DNA of 49,694 bases from Trichomonas gallinae. Lineage: Eukaryota. Below, in pieces: positions 1 to 10,500 of the stretch (positions are counted from its first letter, which is position 1; every line of letters starts with the position of its first letter). The notes below the pieces were generated by a model. That model did no database searches and was not told the DNA's origin. It worked only from the letters and a program-made list of their open reading frames with translations. The stretch lies in NCBI GenBank assembly GCA_008369845.1, contig MRSU01009051.1:1-49694 (forward strand). Direction: 5' to 3'. The translations under genes were made by a program, and so were the position numbers.

Positions 1-26
1 GATTCAAAATTGAAGGCGCAAGAATA

Positions 27-76
27 AAAATATACAGCCACTTTTTGAGCGAAGCTCAAAAAGTGGCGTATATTTT
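27..76. repeat. Inverted repeat / hairpin with a GCGAAGC mini-hairpin tip
   Basis: GCCACTTTTTGAGC (37-50), loop GAA (51-53), GCTCAAAAAGTGGC (54-67) form a perfect 14-bp stem. It extends via AAAATATAC (27-35) / GTATATTTT (68-76) with one bulged A. Confidence 0.9.
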
Positions 77-683
77 ATATTTCTGGTATTATTTTTACAT
101 CCGAAATAATGTTTCTTCGTTGATGAACAGATAAAAACAAAAATTGTCAGTTACCTGGTTATCTTTACCCATCATGCATTTTATTATTGCATTATATGCT
201 TGTATTAAAAGGTTTTTATATTTTATATTTTATATCATATTTATTCATTTTTCGCACGAAATTTCAATATTCTAAAACACAATAGTATTTTTGAAAATAA
301 AGGATCTCTGATGAGATAATATTTGTTTTTTACTGTTTTAATATTGTTTTGGCTACATATGAAATGACCTGAATAATAAAATAAATTTTTAGTTTGATTT
401 AAATGGATAAAATAATAGATTAGTAATAATACATTAATATCCATTATTTAAAATGTTGAAAATATTTTTCTATGAGTTTAAAAATCATTTCTAAAGGAAA
501 TTTTTAAAAATTTATTTACGGAAAACCAAATTTAAGATTAAGTATAGAGCAAAAAAAGCCCGATCAAACCCAGTTACGTTTCACTGTTTGAATTAGTCTG
601 TAATTAATGTATTAATATCATAGATAAAACATGGTATTCATACATGAAATATTATTTTTATATCAAAATAGAATTTTATTCTT

Positions 684-1214
684 TCATGCTTCTGCTTTAT
701 CATCTGCTGGTGTATCATCGCCTGTTTTATTGGCATAAACGAATCTGAGAACTAAGCTGCAAATGATGCCTGCAAGTAGTGCAACACAAAGCAAGAATAC
801 ATCTCCAAATGTAAATATCGCGCCACCAATAACAAATATAAAGGCAATTCCGACCGCAAGAAGAAGGATAGTAATTCCAATTGCAATGTAATAAATATAG
901 GAGCCAAGGATCTCAATGAAACCAAAATTGTACCATAAGATCCACATAATCCAAGCAACAATTGAGAGCAAGGCAATGACCAATATCGTTGCTGAAAAAC
1001 CTAATAATTTTTTAAAGAGTTGTAAATTTTCTTCTGAACAGTTATAGGAATGGCCTGCTTTGAGGCAATTTTCTTTTCCATCTTTACCTAAAGACACTGC
1101 TCTGCAACTCAATATAAATAACCCAACTGTTGAACTGCAAAGTAAAATGAATGTGACAACGGCAAGAATCCTAGCACATTTTGGAGCTGTTTTGAGGTAA
1201 TCAAAGCACTTCAT
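684..1214 (-). CDS. Hypothetical membrane protein, about 4 TM helices, Cys pair in the first loop
   Basis: 176-aa ATG ORF with four long hydrophobic segments, a loop containing ENCLKAGHSYNC, and an acidic C-terminal tail. Confidence 0.7.
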   Translation of the reverse strand: MKCFDYLKTAPKCARILAVVTFILLCSSTVGLFILSCRAVSLGKDGKENCLKAGHSYNCSEENLQLFKKLLGFSATILVIALLSIVAWIMWILWYNFGFIEILGSYIYYIAIGITILLLAVGIAFIFVIGGAIFTFGDVFLLCVALLAGIICSLVLRFVYANKTGDDTPADDKAEA

Positions 1215-2651
1215 CTTGTCTGGCTATAATAAAAAATGAAGTTATTTCTGTTTCGGCTTGAGATTGAACACATCTGAAAAAACATAAAATTGAATGTAAC
1301 GACTTTTCAAGAAAACCATGCTGTTTCATTGATATATCAATATACATTAATAAAATAAGTTGCATTCAATTTTTTAATTTGGCTAATTTATTAATTTAGA
1401 CTATATATATTAAGTTGATATAAATAACTGCTCATAAAATCGTTGCATTGAATTTTGAATTCGTATTCGTTAATACGAAAATGCTCATATGTGTTTATAT
1501 ATTCATTATATTGTATAAAACAATAGGTTTTTTATTTCACATATTGAATGTTTTCAAGGTTTTTTATTTGACTTTATTAAAAATTTCGGTATACTTGAAT
1601 ATTATAATCACTGCTAACCAAGGAATTATTTTTCGTGTTGTTGGTTCTTCTGTAATAATTTTGAATTATCTTCTCAAATTTGAAGTTTTTGATCAGTGAA
1701 AAAATTTTAATATGTAATATTATTCTTTATTAGAAGATTGAATTCTTTTTTATAAAATCGGATATGTAAATTTCGTAACTTTTTAAACTTTGCTTCTAGA
1801 CTCAATTTTTGATCAAAATACGTGTAACAACATCCAATACTCTCTACCAGTGAATAAAAAAATCTATTGCTCGGTCTTTTATCATCAATTTAGATATTTA
1901 TGCATTTGGATTATTATTCCAGTAATTATAAATATTTTTAAATTGTGAGGAGTTTCAAAATATTGTGCCACTCTTAAAATGTTTGTAAACAACATTATCA
2001 TTGATCCATTAAGTATTTAATTGCAAGTTTACTCAAAACGATACGTTAATTGAATGGAATAATATTTTTGTTTCAAATCACATATAGCTTTCCATGCATA
2101 TACGCATTAACAAATAGGTCATGTACTATTCCAAACTAGGAAAAAAAAAGAGAAAAAAAAGCAATAATAATTTTTATTGCTTTATATTTAGTTAATACTC
2201 TTAACAAATAAATAGAATAATGGATTGTTTACTAGTTATGAAAGTCACAAACATCATAACTCAAAAATGATTTTAATTTTTTTTATTTGTATAATTTCTA
2301 CGATAATAGGATTGAACATAATTAATATAAAAATACATCATTAGTACATTGCATTTTATAAGAATAAATTTAAAATATCCATATTAAAACTTGATTTTTT
2401 TTATTTATGTAAATTCAGCTAAAATCAAACTTTCACGAAGAACAGTATATGTATTATAACAGTGTTTTACTACTCATACTTCATCATTTGCACTTATAAC
2501 TAATAATTTGTTTTTATAGAATCATTCACTATGAAAATGCTAATAATGATTGAACAAACACTTTAGAAGTATACACAAACAATTTATTTATTATTGCTAA
2601 GAAAAAAAAATAAAATGAATATTATTATTCTCATTTCGCAGTGTTTCTAAT

Positions 2652-3287
2652 TTAGAATATTAAAATCTTGAAAAGGATCTTATCTAGCCATACTGGTGCT
2701 TGGAAGAATTTCTTGTGTGTAATTGAGTTAGACATAAAGCGCAAGAATAAGTAAAGATGAGACCAAAACAATAAAAATAGTTTTGATACGTTGCGATCAT
2801 TTGTGACAAATAAGAATTGTATAATAAGATATAAAAACGGGAAATATGTTAAAGGAATTGTTGTATTGAATATATTATTGATACCTATTGACATATTAGA
2901 AAACAATTTCGCGAAAATAAATAAAAAGAATAGAACGTATCGAGGAAGCAGACCAGGTTCTGGCTCTATGAAACCAGATATAAGAACACCTACATGTGCA
3001 TATATTTCTAGTATTAGAAATGAACCGGGAGAGTCATAAAAATGGGTATCTTCGATTTTGGAGCTAACTTTATATAATACGACAATGAGCATGAATGTTA
3101 CTACTAATGAGCATTCACTGTAATATGGAGCAAGCAAATATCTTTGGGGTTCGAAATGGAAGGCCATGAAATGAGGACTAAAATAGACTGTTTCTCTAGA
3201 AATCCATCCAATATAAGTTAACAATAATATGGCATAACATTCAAGTGTAATAGTTGTAGTAATTTCATTGGCTTTTGCTGCTTTCAT
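2652..3287 (-). CDS. Derlin/Der1-like (rhomboid pseudoprotease) ER membrane protein, divergent
   Basis: VYFSPHFM..EPQRYL, KIEDTHF..SPGSF, IPLTYFPFLYL, SHLYLFL and FFQAPVWLDKIL occur in the same order as derlin motifs (LYFNP..IWRL, LEEGSF..ADF, APFLPW, GHIYFFL, LKTP). Start moved to ATG 3287, which has Inr-like TCACTT immediately upstream. Confidence 0.7.
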   Translation of the reverse strand: MKAAKANEITTTITLECYAILLLTYIGWISRETVYFSPHFMAFHFEPQRYLLAPYYSECSLVVTFMLIVVLYKVSSKIEDTHFYDSPGSFLILEIYAHVGVLISGFIEPEPGLLPRYVLFFLFIFAKLFSNMSIGINNIFNTTIPLTYFPFLYLIIQFLFVTNDRNVSKLFLLFWSHLYLFLRFMSNSITHKKFFQAPVWLDKILFKILIF

Positions 3288-3458
3288 AAGTGATGTCAAA
3301 TATTTAATTTTACATTACAAGTAATTATATTTACATGTCAAAATATATTATTCAACACAAGATTTTACATGTCAAAAATGTTTTTTACGTTGCAGAAAAA
3401 TATTTACATATCAAAATTATTATTTTACATAACAAATTTAATTTTATTTGTCAAATTA
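3288..3458. promoter_or_regulatory. Short bidirectional promoter with repeated TTTACATGTCAAAA motif
   Basis: 171 bp between divergent ATGs. Exact copies at 3330-3343 and 3364-3377, plus degenerate copies (tttacattaca, tttacgttgca, tttacatatca, tttacataaca). Confidence 0.65.
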
Positions 3459-4094
3459 ATGGAGGAAAGTGAAGGTGAATTTGTTTTTAGTGATGATGAC
3501 TTTGAAAACCATGAAACCCCAAGATATGATAGCCATGAGTACTGGGATTCAGTATATGCAAAAGAACGCGAATATGATTGGTTTTTTGGTTGGAGTGTGA
3601 TTGAAGAACAAATCAAAGAGCATCTAAAAGAAAATTCGACTGCACTCAATATTGGATGCGGAGATTCTCCAATGTCTCATGATATGCCATCGAATTATTT
3701 TTCGAAAATCGTATCTATTGATGTTTCGCCAAATGCAATTAAAGAAATGTCTGAACGCTATAAATTAGAAACTAGATTGGAATGGAAAGTTATGGATTGT
3801 TCAAAATTAGATTTTCCAGATAATTCTTTCGATTTTGTATTTGATAAAGGAACTTTCGATGCTATTTCATGTGGTGCAGATGGAGATGATATTATATGGG
3901 CTTCTATGCAAGAAATACACAGAGTGCTTAAACCTGGAGGAAAATTAATTCAAATAACATATTCGGCCCCAAGCCAGAGATATCCTGCAATGAGGAAAGG
4001 AAAACTGCCACTAATATACCATAATCCCATATTCATGGGGAAACATGGAAATGCTCACTATATATATATTATCGAGAAAAAAGTTATTTGCTGA
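3459..4094 (+). CDS. Class I SAM-dependent methyltransferase (EEF1AKMT4/METTL13-N-like)
   Basis: YWDSVY..EYDWF, motif I LNIGCGDS, DVS, VMDC..L.F, FDFVFDKGTFDAI and HRVLKPGG..IQITY. Start moved to ATG 3459 (MEESEG) because the upstream part of the ORF is promoter repeat. Confidence 0.9.
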   Translation: MEESEGEFVFSDDDFENHETPRYDSHEYWDSVYAKEREYDWFFGWSVIEEQIKEHLKENSTALNIGCGDSPMSHDMPSNYFSKIVSIDVSPNAIKEMSERYKLETRLEWKVMDCSKLDFPDNSFDFVFDKGTFDAISCGADGDDIIWASMQEIHRVLKPGGKLIQITYSAPSQRYPAMRKGKLPLIYHNPIFMGKHGNAHYIYIIEKKVIC

Positions 4095-4141
4095 ATATTA
4101 TTGTTTTTTTATTTTGTAAAATAAAACGTTTTATCATGAAA

Positions 4142-4462
4142 TTATATTGTAGCTTCATGACAACATTTACTTGAAGCCATCATTAAGGCTGTTTCTTTGT
4201 TGATATCATTTGCATTTACATAAATTCTTAGAAATGTAAGAAGAAGTTTGGTAATTTCATGATGTCCAAAAATTGAAGCAATCAAGAGGGCTGTTTGATT
4301 GTTCATATCTTTTGCACTTACATCGATTGATGGAGCAAAAAGAAGAAACTTGACAACATGAAATTAAAATATGAAGCAAACGCTAAGGTCGTACAATTGT
4401 TTTTGTTTGTTGTATTGGCGCCAATGCCAGTTATTGGTATATTCGATAAACAGCTAAGCACT
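4142..4462 (-). pseudogene. Decayed ankyrin-repeat gene fragment
   Basis: Minus strand reads ..GIGANTTNKNNCTTLAFASYFN / frameshift / HVVKFLLFAPSIDVSAKDMNNQTALLIASIFGHHEITKLLLTFLRIYVNANDINKETALMMASSKCCHEATI*. This is about 2.5 ankyrin repeats with a frameshift and no clear start. Confidence 0.75.
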
Positions 4463-4538
4463 TATTATGATATCATGATAAGTTATGATAATTCTTTGAC
4501 AAAAAAAAAAAAAAAAATATTGAAAAACAATAAATAGT

Positions 4539-7500
4539 TTATTGCTTGCTCATCAAGACACGTTCGCACCACTCGCAGACGACTGGGTTGACTTCCTTCA
4601 TACTCTCTATCTGGTCTTGGAAGTCGAGTGATTTAGCGATGCGGTAGCGCTCGACGAGGTTCGGGATGTTGAGCAGGAACTGCTTCATTCTGTCTTTCTG
4701 TCCGTCATCTTGTGCGGAGGACTTGAACTTGCGGACGACACCATCGCAAAGGTTGGACGTGATTGGCCTGAAGTACTGGAATGCTGTCAAGAAGTCTTCA
4801 CCTTTGTTCTGGACAGACTGTGCGTATAATGCTTCAGCCCAGTTCGCCTCAGTATCCATGTCGAAGGCGACTGCAATTGTCAATGCGAATGGGAAGTCCT
4901 TTGTGCACATTAAGTTAAGAACCTGCTGCTTGTCCAAGTGCAAGATAGATGGCTCTGGGACTTCGAGCTGAAGGCTGATCAGTGATAATTTCTTGAGGCA
5001 CTCCATTGACAATGAGTAGCACTTCTCGTGGAGGAAGTAAGCAAGAGCAAGTAAGTAGTGGCGTGACGCTTCCTGGAGCTGCGATTTATCAGGAACTCCA
5101 GAGAGGCAGCGAGCGCCGCACTCCATCTGCAACTCCGCGTGATCTCTGAAGAGAGAGTACTGGAGCGTGAGGTCGAAGTACTTCTGTGGCTCGAACGGAT
5201 GAACGTGGCGTGCGCAATTCATGATGACTCTGCCGACTTTCTCAGACAATTGGCCATGGGGAAGTGTGTCGAGCTTCTGCTGCGCGATAAGATACTGGAA
5301 GTACCTAGGGAGAAGGGCTGGGTCTGGGAAGACCGAAACAATATCAATAATCAATTTAAGCTCGTTGTTGCCTGTGAGTGTGTCGATGAGCGAGTCGAGT
5401 GTCTCTGCGCATTCATCTATGTCTGGTGTGCAGATGGATGAGTGCAGCAAGAGATTGACTCTCACAGCAAGAGGAGTGCCTGGAGAGCTGTTCTGTGCGA
5501 TCTGGAATAACTGCTCGCCAATAGCTGATGGTGTCTCGCAGAGCTTCGTGAAGTCTGTGAAGTTCTGCGTGTAGTCATCGATCGGGATTGTTCCAGGAAG
5601 TGTCTCGTGCTTGACGATAACGTTGTTGACGTGGTTCGCAAATGCGTTCGCGAGTGATTTCGCTGATTCAAGTGGTGTCATATGCGATGCCTTGATAAGC
5701 TGCTGGACGAGTGGCCACTCGTTGAATGTGATGGAGAGCTTAGATTCTATGAACTCTGATGTCTTCTGGCGGAGAATATTGGATGTTTGGAAACCGAGCT
5801 TCTTAGCTGCCTTGTAGTGGAGGGAAATTAGAACGAATCTCCACTGCTTGTCTCTTGCGATTGACTCCAAGAGATGCTCCAAGTCATCGCCGACAGTTCC
5901 ATATCTGCTGAGCAACTGCTGGCCCTCTGAGCTCAAGCAGTCGCCTGTGATTGCCATCTGCACTGTCTCGAGAAGATGGATGTTGTGAGGATCTCTGTCT
6001 CTCCACTCGCAGAGAAGTCTTGCGTCGGCGACTCTGCGTGTGTCCAAACAGACATCAATCGCCCTGTCGACTGACGAATCGAAGAATCTCTGGAGTGTGT
6101 CGAGAGAGAAGAGAAGCGGTGATGCGAGGCTGAGGTTGACAGATGTGGATAAGTCAGTGATTTCGACTCTCGGGAAAAGAAGGTTCAAGAGATCTCTGAG
6201 TGTTGGCGGCGAGCCTGGTGGTCCGTTGACTTCGATCGCATTTTCTGCGCAGATCTGTAAGTGGACTAAAAGTGCGTCTAAGTGCTTGCAGAGCTTGGAC
6301 TCTGTGTCCTTGAACAAGCTGCGTGCATATCTAGCGATCTCAATGGACTGAGTTGGCTGCGCGTATGGAAGTAATGCTGCATATAATGTAACGAAGAATA
6401 TTGGATCAGCGTTTTGGATGCTCTGCGAGATCTGCTTGTGGATCTCAAGGACTTGAGCTGGTGTAGCTGCTGTGGAGTACTGGAATGTGAGCCACTGCTT
6501 AGTAGCGTTGGCTGATGATGTGCCGAGACATTCAGCTGCTGCCTGTCCGAGAGCGAGAGAATGGTTGAGAATCAAGTCGGAAACGATCTTATCTGGAGCT
6601 CCGAGGATGTCGCAGTGAACAATAGCACGCCTGAAGTTGTCGAATGTAGAGATCTTCTTGCATAATGCAACTCTTGGTGTCAAGAACTCTGAGACTGGGC
6701 ATCCATCCAAAAGCTCGAGGAATCTAAAGACGTGGATCTGAGATCGTGCGGCGCAGAGCTTGATCAAGACGTCGAGCATCTGGAAGAATGTTTCCTTGAT
6801 AACGGAAACAGGGACAGAGCCGAGCAAATCATCTTCGATTGTTCCCTGTGCAGAGAGCTTCTCTTTGAGCATTGGAAGAACTTTCTCTGTGCGTCTGAAT
6901 GAGAACAACTCGACAGATCTGTAGAAGTGGACCAAAGAGACAACGATAGATGTATCAGAGAATAATTCCATCGCCTGCATGGCTTCCATTGACTTCTTGC
7001 TCAACAATAACTTCATCAATACCTGCATGAACATGTTCAAGACTTTGTCGTGAGCTGGAGGGAACTGAACATCAATTGGTGGAGGAGCGTCAACCATTGT
7101 CATTAATGTCACGAGTGCGCAAAGCAAATTGTCTGCGTCATCAACTGATGTTGCGAGTAATGCATAAAGCTGTGTCTTCCTGTTGAGTGCTTCCTGTAAT
7201 AATGCTGCCTGCTGTTGCTGGGGTCCTGCCTTTCTGACTGCGCGGAACACAACTAATGCTGGTGGGACGTCGTTGGATGACGGGCCTTCTTCTGCTGGCA
7301 ATGACTGGTTGAGGTGGAAGAGGAGGTGGTCCTTGAGTGGGTTATCCTTTGATTCTGGCATCTCTGTCTGAACAATCTTAACGACTTCGCTGATCTGATA
7401 CTGAGCGCCAAGTTCTGCAGCTCTGTCTATGAACAGTAACAGTTCTGCTGGACGTGGTCTTCTAGAGAAAGTAATGATTGGTGTGTAATCGAGAGGCAAA

Positions 7501-10500
7501 CCGCATCTTACACCGAGTAATGTTGTTAGCAAGAAAACGTCAATTTCTGTTGGATTGAGTTTCTTCTGGAGTCTGACGGCTGCATCACTGTTGTGGTTCA
7601 AGAAGATCTGAGACAAGTCTTGGATTATCTCTGTGTTGTCGTTTGTTCCGCTGGCGAGTCTGTCGTAAATCGCTAAAACGAGTTTATAGTCTGTTGCTGA
7701 ATCGCGTGCGAACTTGATGTCTGTGAGTTCAATGAAAGTGAGAGCGGCCAATCTGACTTCGCTGTCTGTCAATGCCTCCTTCATGCACTGATGACATAAG
7801 TCTTTGAACTTATCTTCATCGACGCCATCTTCGACAGCCTGCTGGAAGGCTGATACAGGGAGCATAGACTTGACGTAGTGGACGTAAGGTGGCTCAGCTG
7901 GTGCTGCGATGAGTTCTGGGTGGTCGAAGTGTGGGTAGTTGGGCTGACCTGGATATTGGCCGTAGAAGTTAGTGAAGACTTTCGAGAAATCGAAATCGAA
8001 GTGAGAAGCGATCAAATCGTGAAGTTCTAAGTCGTATTTGGATGTGTAAATTGGTGATCTCCACTTGGACTCTGGCTTCTGCTTCTCTGGTCCCTTAGGA
8101 TGAGGAATCTCGCCTTTGACTAATGATGATAAAAGTGGATATTCAGTCTTCAGTCTCTCTGACAAAGCTATTGTTTCTGGGCTGCCTGGCTTGAATTTCT
8201 CTGGGTCTTTGTTCCATACGAAAGACGCCAAAGGAGCCAAAGACTCGCTTGGCAGACTCTTCCACAATTCAATAGGATCTGTTGAGTTGGATTTGGCGAT
8301 GAATTGCATGCATGAAAGTGTCGCTGCAGCTGGATCGCGCTTGACCCACAAGTCCCAGATGAACCTGATAAGTGGCTCTTGAACCTCGCTCAAGTCTACT
8401 TCCTTAGCGCGTGGATGTGAGATGACAAACATCTCGAAAGGCATGAAAAGCGATTTCTTGGCGCAGTATGTAGCGAATTTCTTGAAGAAGTCGGCGAAAT
8501 CAATCTTGCACTGGGCCCACCAGTTCTGGTCGAACAGGAATTTGTTCTTGCAGATTCTTACGAGAAGTAATTCGAAATCATCGAATTCGAATTGAGCGAA
8601 GAAGCCATTCTTGCACAAAACATCGAGTAATGTCTCGAGTTCGTAGACGTTCATCTGGTTATGATATGTGTTGATGAACTTCAAGCAGACTAATTTCGGT
8701 GGAGGATTTACACCTTTCGCTCTGTCGATTTCTGCCTTAAACATTTCGTGCATGTCAGAGACTCTGTGCTCGCAGTGTAATACCCAGAGCCTTTCGACTG
8801 ATGTTCCTTCAGTTGTGAGCATTTTAATTGTCTTCGGGCTTTGAGCTTCGATAAGAGCGATGTTACCGACGAAATAGCGTGGTGACTCAACGACTGGCTC
8901 CGGTGGAATCTTGAATAACTCTGAAAACGTGAGATTTGCATTTTCATTATAATCTGCTGTGAGATCAACAATTGGTTTCCACGGTGGAAGCTTAGCATCA
9001 TCTGCAACATTCTTGAATGGCTGCGAAACGGACAACTTCTGAGCAACTGTGAATGATGTATTTGGATATTTTGTTGTAATTTTGAGTAAAATCTGGTGAT
9101 TTTGCTCATCTTGCTCAGAAAGGAGGTTCTGCTTGTGTAAGTAGTCATAGAGCATCTGTCTTGTCTTGTTTCTTGTTGTTTGGCGCCACATTTCGCGGAA
9201 ATGTTCTCCAGGAACTTCTCCGAGTTCTTCAATGAGCTTTGCGGCTTCGCCAAGCTGGTTGCTGCAAACATGGACCCAAACCTGCTGGAGAATAATCGTT
9301 CTGAAGAGGTGGAAAGAATTTGTAAAATCTGGGAACGAAAGCTTAAGAACAGGAAGGCTCTGAGTAACCTGGTTCTTCTTAAGTGCTTCGATACAGAATG
9401 AAACGAGTTCTTCCTTGCGAATTCTGCGAGTATTTGTGACTTTTGGTAATTCTTGTCCTGTTGGCTTCGCCTGTGGTGCTGCTGCTGGTGCAATTAATGC
9501 ACGGAACTTGATGAGGAAGTCGCTGAATTCCTTTTTGCCTGCTTTGATCTGAGAAATGCAATAAACAGAAACAACTTTGAAAACAGCAAACACGAACTGC
9601 TGGTTATCGCCCTGCTTGATCTTTGCCAAGATTGACTGCAAGAATTGCAAAACGCTGGCTGGATCTTGAGTTCTGATGAAATTTTCAACCATGCCGACAT
9701 TGCGCGATTTTACGGCTGTTTCTGCGAGGAATTCTGCACCACCACCTTCCTGTCCAACCCTTGATGACAGAATTGGAATTGCAACTGAAAGCGGGAAAAT
9801 GTCAAGAATTCTTTGCATGTATAAATCGTCGTTGATTGTGCAGATTTCGTTGTGTGTGTTTAAGAAGAGTGGTAAGAATGTATTCCTGCTGCATACTTTG
9901 TAATCTTTTGGTAAAGAGAAAATATTGTTGCCTGGAAGTAAAGCAACGTACTCAGAGTCAGCATCTTTGATTGAATATTCCTTGGTGACCTTTCCTGTTT
10001 GGTCATAGATCAAAGCTTTGCTATCCTTTGTGACAGCAAATTGATTTGGAGCTAAAGGAATGATATTTGTTCCTGTAATTGAAGCAGAAGCGACCTCTTT
10101 GCAGTTTGGATCCCAGATGTGGAGTTCAGTTGATGACAAACCTGCGATATTATTTCCATCGAATGCAAAAACTGAGCAATTCCTCGAATCAACAGTAGAA
10201 TTCGGGTATATTCCATCTGGAAAGATGCAGTACATGTTAAGTTGACCATTCTGATCAATAAAAACGATTTTGTTTATACCTGACTGAATTAATTCTGCCG
10301 TAGAACTCTTAAGAGGAACCGAAATGACTTCGATTATGTGCTCGTTGATTTGTTTTGGTGAGAAGGAGAACATAGTTGCGGATGAATCGAAAGGAGTAGC
10401 GTCGAGTTTTAATTTCTCAAATGAATAAAGAATCAAAGTGCTTCCTTTCGTGATTGCGAGTAATTCTTGTTTAGAGATGGTCGTTTCTATCCATGTAAAA

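Noticed and set aside
241..444. Short AT-rich ORFs (also 1448-1699, 30885-31070, 31371-31568, 38491-38676, 40445-40639, 45220-45420, 47874-48071)
   Set aside because: F/I/K/N/Y-biased translations typical of random AT-rich DNA; many have non-ATG starts.
1460..1479. 8-bp inverted repeat TTCGTATT/AATACGAA (also 6-bp inverted repeats near 37465 and 49533)
   Set aside because: Short AT-rich stems are expected by chance in 50 kb.
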